From an uncultured Desulfatitalea sp. (GTDB lineage Bacteria > Desulfobacterota > Desulfobacteria > Desulfobacterales > Desulfosarcinaceae), in the NCBI GenBank assembly GCA_963668675.2, contig CAXXMB010000002.1, positions 640,001-704,000 on the forward strand: a stretch of 64,000 bases of DNA. The letters are read 5' to 3'. Position numbers and translations under genes: made by a program. Under the pieces are notes generated by a model, which worked only from the letters and a program-made list of their open reading frames with translations, ran no database searches and had not been told where the DNA came from. Of this stretch, positions 10,351 through 21,683 are shown piece by piece (position 1 is the first letter of the stretch; every line of letters begins with the position of its first letter).

Positions 10351-11514
10351 GTGGGTCAAGTGAAAAATATATCAGAACCACCTCACCCCGGCTATGAGTT
10401 CATCGAAACAGATGCCGCATTGCTGGAATTTGCCCGTTCGGCTCGTCAGGCGGGTATGCTGGCCGTCGATCTGGAAGCCGACTCCATGTACCACTACCGT
10501 GAGAAGGTGTGTCTGCTCCAGATGGCGGCCAACGGCCATACCGTCGTGCTCGACCCTCTAAAAGTGCCCGATCTCTCTGCATTGCGCCCCATTTTCAGCA
10601 ACGAACGAATCTGCAAAGTGTTTCATGGCGCCGATTACGACGTGCGCTCCTTGTATCGCGATTTCGACATCACCATCAACAACCTTTTCGACACTCAATT
10701 GGCCAGCATGTACCTTGGATGCACCGAAACCAGTCTGGAGGCGGTGGTATTCCATCGGTTCGGCGTCCATCTGGACAAGAAGTATCAAAAGAAAGATTGG
10801 TCCTGCCGCCCGCTGCCGCCCCAGATGGTGGCCTATGCCGCCTCCGACGTCATCTATCTGATCCCCCTGGCAAAAATGCTTCAGCAGGAGCTCGATGAGA
10901 AGGGTCGCCTTGCCTGGGTCGAAGAGGGATGCCATCTGCTCAGTCAAGTCAGGCCCCAGGAGAACAGCCAACCGATGTTTCTGAAAATCAGAGGCGCGGG
11001 CAGGCTGACGCCGCGTCAGTTGGCGATACTCGAAGCGCTTCTGCAACTGCGGGACCGGTTGGCCCGTCAAAAGGACCGCCCCCTGTTTAAGGTGATCAGC
11101 AATGCCGCCCTGCTGAAAATCGCCACCACCGCGCCAACAGACCCGGATCGCCTGGCCAAAAGCCAGGCGCTGAGCAACAAACAGATGGAGATGTACGGTC
11201 ATGCGATCCTCACCGCCGTGAAAAAGGGGTGCTGCCTCAAAAGGGCGCAGCTTCCGATCTACCCTCGCCAAAAGTCTCCCCGCCTCTCCCCTCGCATTCC
11301 CAAACGCGTAAAAGCCCTGCGGAACTGGCGCGACCGCCAGGCGGCCGATCTCAATCTCGATCCACCCCTGCTGTTCAATAAGGCACTGCTTCGCGATATA
11401 GCCGTCTGCAAACCGGAAGCGATGAAGGATTTGAGGCAAATCCCGAACATGCAGCAATGGCAGGCGGATGCATTCGGCAGACAACTATTAGATATTATTA
11501 ATAATATGCCATAA
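10351..11514 (+). CDS. Ribonuclease D-like 3'-5' exonuclease with HRDC domains
   Basis: AVDLEADS, FHGADYD, FDTQLA, DWSCRPL, YAASDV. Confidence 0.88.
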   Translation: MGQVKNISEPPHPGYEFIETDAALLEFARSARQAGMLAVDLEADSMYHYREKVCLLQMAANGHTVVLDPLKVPDLSALRPIFSNERICKVFHGADYDVRSLYRDFDITINNLFDTQLASMYLGCTETSLEAVVFHRFGVHLDKKYQKKDWSCRPLPPQMVAYAASDVIYLIPLAKMLQQELDEKGRLAWVEEGCHLLSQVRPQENSQPMFLKIRGAGRLTPRQLAILEALLQLRDRLARQKDRPLFKVISNAALLKIATTAPTDPDRLAKSQALSNKQMEMYGHAILTAVKKGCCLKRAQLPIYPRQKSPRLSPRIPKRVKALRNWRDRQAADLNLDPPLLFNKALLRDIAVCKPEAMKDLRQIPNMQQWQADAFGRQLLDIINNMP

Positions 11515-11633
11515 ACGACAACTCCTGGTGCTTCAAACAAATTTAAGTTGCGTCCATCGCGCCAGGCACTATAATTGTAAAGTAAGGATTCCAAAGCAAA
11601 CGCTACACCTTGTTTGAAACGGACCGCGTCCCT

Positions 11634-11669
11634 AAAGCGACTGACAAAGCTACTGACAAAGCTACTGAC
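11634..11669 (+). repeat. 3 x 12-bp tandem repeat
   Basis: aaagcgactgac aaagctactgac aaagctactgac. Confidence 0.85.
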
Positions 11670-11816
11670 AGATCTGCCAACTGCCCAGCCCTCTCCTCTT
11701 TCATCCGTACGTTCGACGCAGGATAGATGCACGCTTTAAGATAACAACAGCCAACCGGCGGGCGCACCTGCTTTAATGCGCAGGCAACCCTTTCCTACCA
11801 ACCACGGGGGGACATC

Positions 11817-13907
11817 ATGGCCAAAAAAGCCCAGGTTAAAATCGGCACCCAAACCCAAACACACTCCCAGTTGCATCAACACTGCCTGCAAGTAAAGAGC
11901 GGGGAGCGCTCATTTGAAAACGCCTTCCAGAGTGTGGCGCGCATGATCCTGGATAACGATATCGAGAAGGTGGTGGTCAACGCCCGCACGACCTACGACT
12001 TCAACATCTTCAGAGGCGGGAAAAAGCACGTCATCGGCATGTACGACGAAATCAACAGCTTTGTCTCCTACGTCAAAGACGCTGCCGAGGCCGGATCGTC
12101 CAAGGAGATGGCCTTCGTGCTGGTGGGCGAACCGGGAAACGGCAAAACCTTCTTCGTGGAGTTTCTCTGCGCCCAGTACCGTGCTTTTCTGGCCAAACCG
12201 CATAATCGCAAGTACACCTTCCGTTTCAAGGGCATCGATGCGCTCGGCAGCTATGGGCGCATCTCCACCATTGAGAGCCAGACCTATGAAGATCCCATGG
12301 TTCTGGCCATGAACCTTTTCGAGGATCCGGATGAAAACCGCACCTTTCTCTCCAAAGAGATCGGGTTCGACGACAAGGCCATTGAAAAGCTCTATGACGA
12401 ATACCGTCCATTAGGCGCATGCAGCGGATATATATGGAACGACATCCGCGCTTACACCGACGGCGATCTGGAGAGAATGCTCGCCTTTGTCGACATCATA
12501 CCCGTCCCTTTAACCGAAAGCCTGGGCACGGTGACCGGCAAATATCCCGCCAAGGACAAGATCACCTCATCGGCTGTCGACCTGTTGGGAGAGGAGTCGA
12601 TTCAACGCCTGCTGCACATCACCGACACCAACAACCCCTACCGCTTCGACCTGCGCCGGGGGGCCCTGGCACGCGTTGCCGGCGGCGGCATCCACTTTGC
12701 CGACGAGATCTTCAAAAACAAAAAGGACCTCGTGCAGGTCTACCTGGGGGTGATTCAGAACCGCAACATCGAAATCGACGGCTACAAATGGCCCATCGAC
12801 ACACTGATCATCGCCACAAGCAACAACTCTGAGTTCAACCGCTTTCTCTCGGAGAAAGAGGAGGCGCCCATCGTCGACCGCTGCCGCATCTGCTACGTAT
12901 CGCACAACACCAACTATAAGATGCAGGCCGACCTCACCAGCTATGCCATCGGTACCGAGGCTCGCACCACATTGAGCCGCGAAGCGCTGCATCAAGACCC
13001 CAACCTCAATTATGCCGCCTCGGTTGCAACCGTATTGTCGCGGCTGCCCCGGTCGGAAAAGCTGACACCCATCGAAACCATGAAGTTGGCGGCTGGCGAG
13101 GTGGCCGGCGAAAAAAGCATCAAGACCCTGGCGGAGGTGATCGACACACTCAATCAGGAGCCCGACATCACCAAGCGGTTCGGCCAGAAAGGATTGGGAC
13201 AGCGCAATCTGGGACGCGCCATTCAACTGCTCACGGAGAGTTCGGAGACCAACGAAGGACAGTGCATGTTCGCATACGATGTCTTCACCGCCTTGGAGCG
13301 CATCATCCTCGACTACGTCTCCGAAGCCAACGACCGTGCCAAATACCTGGAAGATCTCAAACTGGCCAAAGGACTCTACCGCGAACGCATCATGACCGAG
13401 ATGTTCAACGCGTACATGGATGAACCGCTGGCCATCCGCAAGGATGTGATGAGCTACGTCAACATGGTCATCGGTACCGACGCGGAGAACCTCGGCCCGG
13501 ATAAAATGTGGAAATACAAAGACCCCCAGACCGGAGAGCTGCGGGCGCTGAAGATCGACGAACGCTTCATCAAAAGCGTCGAAGAGCGACTGGGCCTTAA
13601 AACCGAGGAGCAGCGGGACACTTTCCGCACCTCGATCCGCAAAATCTACGGACAGAAGATCTCGGTCGACCCCAACTACGACTTCATGGACAACCTGGAG
13701 CTGGTCAAAGCCGTCACCGATGTGCGTCTCAAATCGGACATCGCCGGCGCCGGCAGCCTGATCGGCGCCCTGGCCAACCGCACCAACGAAGAGAACCAGA
13801 AGCTCTACGACCGCATGGTGAGCACCATGCTTGAAAAGTTGGGCTATTGCCGCACCTGCGCCCAGAAGACGATCGAGTACTTTTGCACCCAGGAGGACGA
13901 AAATTAA
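11817..13907 (+). CDS. PrkA/YeaG-family AAA+ protein
   Basis: Walker A GEPGNGKT, Walker B IHFADE, C-terminal LGYCRTCA; context with YeaH and SpoVR. Confidence 0.85.
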   Translation: MAKKAQVKIGTQTQTHSQLHQHCLQVKSGERSFENAFQSVARMILDNDIEKVVVNARTTYDFNIFRGGKKHVIGMYDEINSFVSYVKDAAEAGSSKEMAFVLVGEPGNGKTFFVEFLCAQYRAFLAKPHNRKYTFRFKGIDALGSYGRISTIESQTYEDPMVLAMNLFEDPDENRTFLSKEIGFDDKAIEKLYDEYRPLGACSGYIWNDIRAYTDGDLERMLAFVDIIPVPLTESLGTVTGKYPAKDKITSSAVDLLGEESIQRLLHITDTNNPYRFDLRRGALARVAGGGIHFADEIFKNKKDLVQVYLGVIQNRNIEIDGYKWPIDTLIIATSNNSEFNRFLSEKEEAPIVDRCRICYVSHNTNYKMQADLTSYAIGTEARTTLSREALHQDPNLNYAASVATVLSRLPRSEKLTPIETMKLAAGEVAGEKSIKTLAEVIDTLNQEPDITKRFGQKGLGQRNLGRAIQLLTESSETNEGQCMFAYDVFTALERIILDYVSEANDRAKYLEDLKLAKGLYRERIMTEMFNAYMDEPLAIRKDVMSYVNMVIGTDAENLGPDKMWKYKDPQTGELRALKIDERFIKSVEERLGLKTEEQRDTFRTSIRKIYGQKISVDPNYDFMDNLELVKAVTDVRLKSDIAGAGSLIGALANRTNEENQKLYDRMVSTMLEKLGYCRTCAQKTIEYFCTQEDEN

Positions 13908-14100
13908 AATGTCACCACAGAAACAGCATCTTTCGGCCCTGGCCGACGTTCTCGCCTTTTTGTAATCCTCGACGCAGCGCTGCTGCGCCTGCGGTTGCAA
14001 ATAGGCTGCGGCCATGACCTGAACCGAAATCTACCATTTCTGAGGCGACATTAAGGAAAAACTCACTGGAAAAATCATTCAGCAGCCATTAGGCAGTGCG

Positions 14101-15477
14101 ATGAAAAAAAATCTATGGAAAATACATGAAGCGCTCAAGGCGCAAGGGCTCACGCCTGAACAGGAAGTGAAGATCCTTGCCGAGATCCGTCTGAGCGAAA
14201 ATCTCCGGGGAGACGGACGCGCATCTCCCCTTGCACCGCCGCCAGCTCAGAGCATCTATGCATATGACGATATGGCGATGCTGCAGGATATGACCATCAG
14301 CATGGCCAACTACTATGCCCACATCCGAACCATCGACGAACTGCTGGCCAAGGACCGCCAGCGTGCCAAGGACGGTTTTCCCCGCAAAATCAAGGTGGGC
14401 CGCATGATCAAGCCCGGACGCGGCGGAAAGGACAAGGTCATTGTGGTGCCGACCGCCTCCGAAGAGAAACTGATTCACGACCCCTCGTTCAGCGATCAGG
14501 AAGAGGAAGAGGCCGGCGGCGGTTCGGGTGAAGGCGAAGAGGGGGAGGTGATCGGTGAGGAGCCGGTGCGCCCGACCCAGGAGGGCAGCGGCGCCGGTCC
14601 CGGCCAGGGAGAAGGCGAGGAGCATGAACTGGAGTCCTCGGCCTACGACATGGGGCGGATTCTCACCGAGCAGTTCGAGTTGCCCAACCTGAAAGACAAG
14701 GGCAAAAAGCGCTCCTTGACGCGCTACACCTACGACCTGACCGACCGGCACCAGGGGTTCGGCCAGGTGCTCGATAAAAAGGCTACACTGCGTAAAATCG
14801 TCGAAACCAATATCCACCTGGGTAACATCCCCGATGTTTACAACATCGATCCGGTGGACTTTCTAATCTCGCCCAGGGACATGATCTACCGCATCCTGAG
14901 CCGCGAAAAAGATCTGGAGTCCCAGGCCATGGTCTTTTTCGTGCGCGACTACTCTGGCTCCATGGTCGGTAAGACCACCGAGCTGATTGTCGCCCAGCAC
15001 GTGCTGATTTACAGCTGGCTGCTCTACCAATACACGAACCAGGTCGAAACCCGATTCATTCTTCATGACACCAACGCCAAAGAGGTGCCCGATTTTTACA
15101 CCTATTACAACTCCAAGGTGGCCGGCGGAACGCAGGTATCATCCGCCTATAAACTGGTCAACACGATCGTGAAGGAGGAGAATCTGGCTCAGGATTACAA
15201 CATCTATATCTTCCACGGAACAGATGGTGACGACTGGGACACCGAAGGCCGTGAGTCGATCCCCCAACTCAAAACCATGCTCGGGTATGCCAACCGAATC
15301 GGCATTACCATCGCCCAGCACAGCGCCGGCAGCACCACCGAAGTGGAGAAGTATATCAAAAAATCCGGCCTGCTTGAAACATCTTCGGAGCTGTTGCGCA
15401 TGGATATCCTGGATGACGACGCCGATGAATCGCGTCTGATCGAAGGCATCAAAAAGCTGATCTCCCAGGAGAAGTAA
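14101..15477 (+). CDS. YeaH/YhbH (DUF444) vWA-like protein
   Basis: Gly/Glu-rich linker, FELPNLKDKG, MIDAS-like DYSGS, GGTQVSSAY, FHGTDGDD. Confidence 0.87.
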   Translation: MKKNLWKIHEALKAQGLTPEQEVKILAEIRLSENLRGDGRASPLAPPPAQSIYAYDDMAMLQDMTISMANYYAHIRTIDELLAKDRQRAKDGFPRKIKVGRMIKPGRGGKDKVIVVPTASEEKLIHDPSFSDQEEEEAGGGSGEGEEGEVIGEEPVRPTQEGSGAGPGQGEGEEHELESSAYDMGRILTEQFELPNLKDKGKKRSLTRYTYDLTDRHQGFGQVLDKKATLRKIVETNIHLGNIPDVYNIDPVDFLISPRDMIYRILSREKDLESQAMVFFVRDYSGSMVGKTTELIVAQHVLIYSWLLYQYTNQVETRFILHDTNAKEVPDFYTYYNSKVAGGTQVSSAYKLVNTIVKEENLAQDYNIYIFHGTDGDDWDTEGRESIPQLKTMLGYANRIGITIAQHSAGSTTEVEKYIKKSGLLETSSELLRMDILDDDADESRLIEGIKKLISQEK

Positions 15478-15523
15478 TCAGGCCGCAGATACCAGGAAGG
15501 CAACCCGAAAAGGCGACAATCCT

Positions 15524-17170
15524 ATGGAACTGGTCGATCAACACACCAAAAACATCATGGAAGGGTGTAAAGAGCGCGCTCGGGCAGCGGGACTCAGCTT
15601 TGAAGACGAATCCCTGGAGTATGTTGTCACCAACCGGGACCTGCTCGAACTGTCGCCCAAACTGATGATCCCCACGCTCTACGACTACTGGGTCCATGAT
15701 GTCGAAGTCCTCAAAGGCAAGGGTAAATATGAACTCTACCCCAGCAATCCTTATGAAACGGTCATAAACACCCGACCGGCCATCTCATACTATAACGACA
15801 ACAACCCCGATTGGCTAAACGTGATGATCTTTTATCATGTGTTGGCCCACATCGATTTTTTTCAGAACAACCTCTTCTACCGACATACATGGGACTACGA
15901 TTTTACCGGTGAAGCCCTTTCGGACAAGCGCGTCATCGCCAAGCTGCGCTCCGAACACGGGCGTTGGGTCGACTATATCATCGAATTTGCGCGCGGCATC
16001 GACAACCTGGTCGGCTACTACCGGGAGCTGGATCACTTTTTCCCCATTGCCACGACCCAGCACAGCCTGCGACTGGACTACTATTTCGATATTTTCCTGC
16101 AGCAGGTCAAAAAGGTCAAGATGAGCGAATACATCAAGGAGATCGAACGCTACAATCAGTATCGCTCGGAACATGGCGAGCTGTTTGAAGACATCTTCTT
16201 TGCCGAGGTGGACCGGCGCCATCCCGAATTCAAAGCGCTGCACGCCAAATACAAAGAGACCCGGAAGGCGCGCCCCAAAGACCTGCTCCAGCATATCCTG
16301 GAGTACTCTGAATTTATCAACAAGGAAGAGAATAAGTGGATGAAGGCGATCATCGAAATGATTCGCAAAACATCCCTCTTTTTCCAACCCCAGATCCGCA
16401 CCAAAATAATGAACGAGGGCTGGGCCAGCTACTGGCATGAGACGCTTTTTCTAAAAGACGACCGCATCAAGGGGCATGAGGTGGATTTTGCGCGGGTCAA
16501 TGCCGGCGTCACCTCCATGCCCCGGGTGGGGATGAACCCCTATGCGCTCGGCATGCGCCTCTTTTACGCCATCGAAGCATGGGCCGACCAAGGCAGGTTG
16601 AAATGGGATTTTCAGCGACTCAATGACGCCAATCAACGAAAAAGCTTCGATACCAAAGAGGGCAACGGACGCGACTATATCTTTTCCGTGCGGGAGAATC
16701 TTTGCGACTTCAATTTCATCAATCAATTCATCAATCAGGATTTCGTCGACCAGCACGACCTTTTTGTTGCCGGACGACGCCTCAACGAAGCAAAAATGGT
16801 GTGGGAGTATTACGTCAAGAGTCGCAGCGCTGAAGCCTACCGCCAGATGCTGCTCGATTCGCTCTATCACCCGCCGAGCATAGCGCTGGACCCCGAGAAG
16901 GGCAAGGAGGCCGGCAGCCTGTATCTGGTGCACCAATTCGAGGGCAAACCCCTGCTGAAAGAGTTTATTCCCAACACATTGCTGGGGTTGGAATACCTGT
17001 GGGGCGGCACGGTGGAGCTGGAGACACAAGAGGTGGTGCCCACTGGTTCACGCTCGGATCGGCCGCGCTATATGGCCGGCGGCGAAACCCCGAAACAGTC
17101 TGAAATCATATGGCAACGCGTGGTTTACACCATGAAGGACAGAAAAATCAGCCGGCGCAAGGTCGAATAG
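15524..17170 (+). CDS. SpoVR/YcgB-family protein
   Basis: YETVINTRP, HVLAHIDFFQNN, QIRTKIMNEGWASYWH, NPYALG. Confidence 0.9.
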   Translation: MELVDQHTKNIMEGCKERARAAGLSFEDESLEYVVTNRDLLELSPKLMIPTLYDYWVHDVEVLKGKGKYELYPSNPYETVINTRPAISYYNDNNPDWLNVMIFYHVLAHIDFFQNNLFYRHTWDYDFTGEALSDKRVIAKLRSEHGRWVDYIIEFARGIDNLVGYYRELDHFFPIATTQHSLRLDYYFDIFLQQVKKVKMSEYIKEIERYNQYRSEHGELFEDIFFAEVDRRHPEFKALHAKYKETRKARPKDLLQHILEYSEFINKEENKWMKAIIEMIRKTSLFFQPQIRTKIMNEGWASYWHETLFLKDDRIKGHEVDFARVNAGVTSMPRVGMNPYALGMRLFYAIEAWADQGRLKWDFQRLNDANQRKSFDTKEGNGRDYIFSVRENLCDFNFINQFINQDFVDQHDLFVAGRRLNEAKMVWEYYVKSRSAEAYRQMLLDSLYHPPSIALDPEKGKEAGSLYLVHQFEGKPLLKEFIPNTLLGLEYLWGGTVELETQEVVPTGSRSDRPRYMAGGETPKQSEIIWQRVVYTMKDRKISRRKVE

Positions 17171-17211
17171 TGGCACAGCGTTCACGAGTCAATCATGGAG
17201 GCGGTCAAAAA

Positions 17212-19533
17212 ATGACAGACAAAATGACCACAAAGAGAGAGACGCCCAATATCGAAAAGGCGATGCAGCAGATCCAGCGCGCCCAGGCGACCCTCGATCA
17301 CCAATATCCGATTGCCTTCAAGGCATTCCTGGACCGTGTCGTCCAGCAGCCGAAAAGCATGATTCGAAATGTTTTTCAATATTTCCATGATATGGTCAAC
17401 GCCTATGTCGGGGCGGGTATCGACGAGTATCCGGAGGACCCGGAATCGATCAAGTATGTGGATTACGACTGCACCAAACTCTTTGTAGAGGATTCGGACC
17501 ACCCCTTTTTGGCCGACCGTATCTTCGCGAACCGTTTCATCAAACAGGTCGGGAGTATGAGGCAGGGAGCACAGCAAAACAAAATCTATATCTTCGACGG
17601 TCCTCATGGGTGTGGGAAGAGCACCTTCCTCAACAATCTGCTGAGCAAGTTTGAAGAGTATGCCAACACCGAGGCAGGCATCCGATTTGAAACCATATGG
17701 CGCATCGACACCTCGGCCTTGGGTGGACCCGAGGTGAGCAATGAGACCATCTCCATCCTGGAAAAGCTGTTTCAGTTGCAAAAAGAGTCCAACGAAGACC
17801 AATACGACCGCATGAAATCACGTATCATGCATCAGGGCGGGGAGCAGTATATCGACATCCCCTGCCCCAGCCATGACAACCCTCTGTTAATGGTTCCGAA
17901 ACCACAGCGACGCGCCTTTTTGGACGATCTTTTCCAAAACGACGCCTTCAAATACACCCTCTTCACCAACAAGGAGTATGAGTGGGTCTTCAGCGACCAG
18001 CCGTGCACCATCTGCAGCTCACTGTTCAATGTTATCCAACGCCAACTGCAAGACCCCATGAAGGTCTTTGACATGCTCTGGGCCCGCCCATACCATTTCA
18101 ACCGCCGACTGGGCACCGGCATCAATGTTTTCAATCCCGGCGACAGCCCTATCAAGCAGACCGTACTCACCAACGAGATGCTTCAGAACCGCATCAACCG
18201 CCTTTTCGGCGACAGCAACCAGGTGCAGTACATCTACTCGCGCTACGCCAAATCCAACAACGGCCTATATGCCCTGGCGGATATCAAGTCACACAATATC
18301 GAGCGTCTGATCGAGCTGCACAACATTATCTCGGAGGGGGTTCACAAAGTGCGGGAGATCGAGGAGAATGTCGACTCCCTCTTCATGGCGCTGATGAATC
18401 CCGAAGACAAGAAAAACATCCAGAACATTCAATCGTTCTCGGATCGCATCGCCTACATCAACATCTCATACGTACTCGACCTCAGAACCGAAGTGGACAT
18501 ATATCGCAACATCTTCGGGCGCCAGATCGATACCGCCTTCCTGCCGCGCGTACTGCACAACTTTTCGCGGATCATCATCTCTTCACGCCTGAGCCTCAGG
18601 TCCGAAGCCCTTCTGGAGTGGATTGGCGATCCTGAAAAGTACAGCCGTTATTGCGACAAAAACCTCCAGCTGCTCAAGATGGAGATCTATACCGGCTACA
18701 TACCGAACTGGTTGGGTGAAGAGGATCGCAAGCGTCTGACGGCCAGGCGACGCCGAAAGATTATTGGCGAAGCTGAAAATGAAGGTAAGCACGGCATCTC
18801 CGGACGCGACTCGATTAAAATATTCAGCGAATTTTACAACACCTATGCAAAAGACGACGATCTGATCGACATGTCGATCCTGTGTAAATTTTTCAGATCC
18901 CGAAAAGATCTGCGCGCCTCCATACCCGACGGGTTTCTCGAATCACTGCTGCACATGTATGACTATTCGGTTCTGCAGGAGGTCAAGGAGTCTCTTTACT
19001 ACTATAACGAAGAGCAGATCGCTGTGGAGATTCAGAACTATATGTTTGCCGTCAATTTCGAGCCGGGTTCCTTTGAACGCTGTCCCTACACCGGCGACAA
19101 AATAGAGATCACCGAGGCATATCTGACCCATTTCGAGAAACGCCTGCTTGGCATTGGTGCCTCGGAAGAGGAGCGCCACAACTTCCGCAAAGACGTACAG
19201 AAAGAGTATGCCACCAAGACCCTGCCCCAGGAGCTCCCCACCCACGGCAAAAGTCTGGTCCAAAGCACCCTTTTCGGCAAACTCAACGAGCGCTACATCT
19301 ACAATATCAAAGAGAAGGTGCTCGACCCCTTCCTGGACAACGAAAATTTCAGAAGGGCCATCAAGGATTTCGACCTGCCCGATTTTAAGACATACGACAG
19401 CAAAATCCGCGAGGATGTCACCTATCTGATGAACAACCTGACAACCAAATACGGCTATACCGCCCAGGGTGCCAAGGCCGTCTGCATCTATGTCATCGAC
19501 AACGATCTGGCGCGCATTTTCATGAGCCCGTAG
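17212..19533 (+). CDS. Second, divergent PrkA-like P-loop protein
   Basis: Walker A GPHGCGKS, CPSHDNPL, C-terminal YGYT..GA; GGAGG before ATG 17212. Confidence 0.8.
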   Translation: MTDKMTTKRETPNIEKAMQQIQRAQATLDHQYPIAFKAFLDRVVQQPKSMIRNVFQYFHDMVNAYVGAGIDEYPEDPESIKYVDYDCTKLFVEDSDHPFLADRIFANRFIKQVGSMRQGAQQNKIYIFDGPHGCGKSTFLNNLLSKFEEYANTEAGIRFETIWRIDTSALGGPEVSNETISILEKLFQLQKESNEDQYDRMKSRIMHQGGEQYIDIPCPSHDNPLLMVPKPQRRAFLDDLFQNDAFKYTLFTNKEYEWVFSDQPCTICSSLFNVIQRQLQDPMKVFDMLWARPYHFNRRLGTGINVFNPGDSPIKQTVLTNEMLQNRINRLFGDSNQVQYIYSRYAKSNNGLYALADIKSHNIERLIELHNIISEGVHKVREIEENVDSLFMALMNPEDKKNIQNIQSFSDRIAYINISYVLDLRTEVDIYRNIFGRQIDTAFLPRVLHNFSRIIISSRLSLRSEALLEWIGDPEKYSRYCDKNLQLLKMEIYTGYIPNWLGEEDRKRLTARRRRKIIGEAENEGKHGISGRDSIKIFSEFYNTYAKDDDLIDMSILCKFFRSRKDLRASIPDGFLESLLHMYDYSVLQEVKESLYYYNEEQIAVEIQNYMFAVNFEPGSFERCPYTGDKIEITEAYLTHFEKRLLGIGASEEERHNFRKDVQKEYATKTLPQELPTHGKSLVQSTLFGKLNERYIYNIKEKVLDPFLDNENFRRAIKDFDLPDFKTYDSKIREDVTYLMNNLTTKYGYTAQGAKAVCIYVIDNDLARIFMSP

Positions 19534-19769
19534 GCCTTTTGTCCGGTGCCGCTTCGTTTCGTCTCCACCTTTTTCCGGTCGGTCCCCCTTCCCACCCTCT
19601 TTTTCAATCGGTTCACTTTACAATTGCCACGCGTGCATTACTATGACTTTACAAAATTAAAAGTAATGACATAATTTTCACTAAACGTACCTGTTTAACC
19701 TTTTATCCGGCCGGCAACGCCGGCTTGAAACGTCCCTGAGAGGCGGGGATCACATCAAAGGAGAGAGAG

Positions 19770-21683
19770 ATGGGAAAACTGATAGGAATCGATCTAGGAA
19801 CCACCAATTCATGCGTCGCCATCATGGAAAATGGCGAGACCAAGGTTATCACCAATTCAGACGGCGGACGAACCACTCCGTCGGTCTATGCCGTGTCTGA
19901 GAATGGGGAGCGTCTCGTGGGCCAGATTGCAAAACGCCAGGCGGTCACCAACCCCGAACAGACGGTGTTCGGCGTCAAGCGCCTGATCGGCCGCACCTAT
20001 GATTCGCCCGAGATTCAGAAAGACATAACGGTTCTGCCCTACCGCATCGAGAAAGCCGCCAACGGCGACGCCCATATACGGTTGAAGGGCAAAAGCTACA
20101 GCCCGGCCGAGATCTCGGCCCAGATCCTGATGACCCTGCGCCAGGCCGCCGAGGACTACCTGGGAGAGAAGGTCACCGATGCGGTGATCACCGTACCGGC
20201 CTATTTCAACGACAGCCAGCGCCAGGCTACCAAGGATGCCGGTAAAATTGCCGGATTGAATGTCCAGAGGATCATCAATGAGCCCACCGCTGCGTCGTTG
20301 GCCTACGGCCTGGGCAAACGAACCGAAGGAACGGTAGCGGTATTCGATCTGGGCGGCGGCACCTTCGACGTCTCGATCCTCGATATCGGCGATGGCGTCT
20401 TCGAGGTCAAGGCGACCAATGGGGACACCCATCTGGGCGGAGAGGATTTCGACCTGCTTCTGATCGATGAACTCGCCGATCAATTCAAAAAGGAGCAGGG
20501 CATCGATCTGCGCGGCGATGCCATGGCCCTGCAACGCCTCAAGGAGGCTGCCGAAAAAGCCAAAATGGAGCTTTCGTCCACGGTGGAGACCACGATCAAT
20601 CTGCCGTTTATTACAGCCGACGCCAGCGGCCCCAAACATCTGAACGTCAAAATGACCCGCAGCCGTCTCGAAGGTTTAGTGGCGGGCCTGCTGGATAAAC
20701 TGGAAGCACCCTGTCGCACAGCGCTTAAGGATGCAGGCCTCAGTGCCGCCCAGATCGATGACGTTATTCTGGTCGGCGGCATGACCCGCATGCCCGCAGT
20801 CCAGGAACGTGTTCGCAAGATCTTCGGTAAAGAGCCCGATAAAAGCGTCAATCCCGACGAGGTGGTTGCCCTGGGCGCTTCGATTCAAGGTGCTGTACTG
20901 AAAGGCGATGTAAAGGATGTGCTCCTGCTGGACGTAACACCGCTCTCCCTCGGCATCGAGACATTGGGCGGTGTCATGACCCGTCTGATCGAAAAAAACA
21001 CTACGATTCCGGCCAAAAAGAGCGAAATCTTTTCAACCGCCGAGGATAACCAGCCTGCAGTTTCGGTCCACGTCCTGCAGGGCGAACGTGAGATGGCCGC
21101 GGACAACAAGACCATGGGCCGCTTTGAACTGGTCGGCATCCAGCCGGCACCACGGGGAACCCCTCAGATCGAGGTCACCTTTGACATCGATGCCAACGGC
21201 ATCGTCAACGTATCGGCCAAGGACTTGAACACCGGGAAGGCGCAGTCGATCCAGATCACCGCTTCAAGCGGGCTGACCAAGGAGGAGATCGATCGACTGG
21301 TCAAAGATGCCGAGTTGCATGCGGCCGACGACCAGCAAAAGAGACAGCTGATCCAGGCGCGCAACGAGGCGGATGCTTTGATCTACTCTGTAGAAAAATC
21401 CCTGAACGACCTGGGCGAAAAGATAGATCCAGCCAGCCGAAGCCAGGCTGAAAACGCCGTCAACGATTTGAAGCAGGCCATGCAGGGTGACGATGCGAGT
21501 CGCATACGGGCATTGAGCGAGCAGCTGAGTCAAATTGTCCACACCCTATCACGCACCGCTTACGACCAGAACGCACAGTCGGGGGCTTCTGCCAATCAAG
21601 GCTGCCCGAATAGAGGCGCTTATAACCACAACACTGCCGCCAACGACGATGTGGTAGATGCCGATTTCGAGGAGGTCGCATAA
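19770..21683 (+). CDS. dnaK: Hsp70 chaperone DnaK (stand-alone copy)
   Basis: [36 protein letters not shown]-terminal [10 protein letters not shown]. Confidence 0.95.
   Translation: MGKLIGIDLGTTNSCVAIMENGETKVITNSDGGRTTPSVYAVSENGERLVGQIAKRQAVTNPEQTVFGVKRLIGRTYDSPEIQKDITVLPYRIEKAANGDAHIRLKGKSYSPAEISAQILMTLRQAAEDYLGEKVTDAVITVPAYFNDSQRQATKDAGKIAGLNVQRIINEPTAASLAYGLGKRTEGTVAVFDLGGGTFDVSILDIGDGVFEVKATNGDTHLGGEDFDLLLIDELADQFKKEQGIDLRGDAMALQRLKEAAEKAKMELSSTVETTINLPFITADASGPKHLNVKMTRSRLEGLVAGLLDKLEAPCRTALKDAGLSAAQIDDVILVGGMTRMPAVQERVRKIFGKEPDKSVNPDEVVALGASIQGAVLKGDVKDVLLLDVTPLSLGIETLGGVMTRLIEKNTTIPAKKSEIFSTAEDNQPAVSVHVLQGEREMAADNKTMGRFELVGIQPAPRGTPQIEVTFDIDANGIVNVSAKDLNTGKAQSIQITASSGLTKEEIDRLVKDAELHAADDQQKRQLIQARNEADALIYSVEKSLNDLGEKIDPASRSQAENAVNDLKQAMQGDDASRIRALSEQLSQIVHTLSRTAYDQNAQSGASANQGCPNRGAYNHNTAANDDVVDADFEEVA

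Noticed and set aside
19636..19670. CIRCE or HAIR heat-shock operator
   Set aside because: Does not match TTAGCACTC-N9-GAGTGCTAA or CTTGAGT-N7-ACTCAAG
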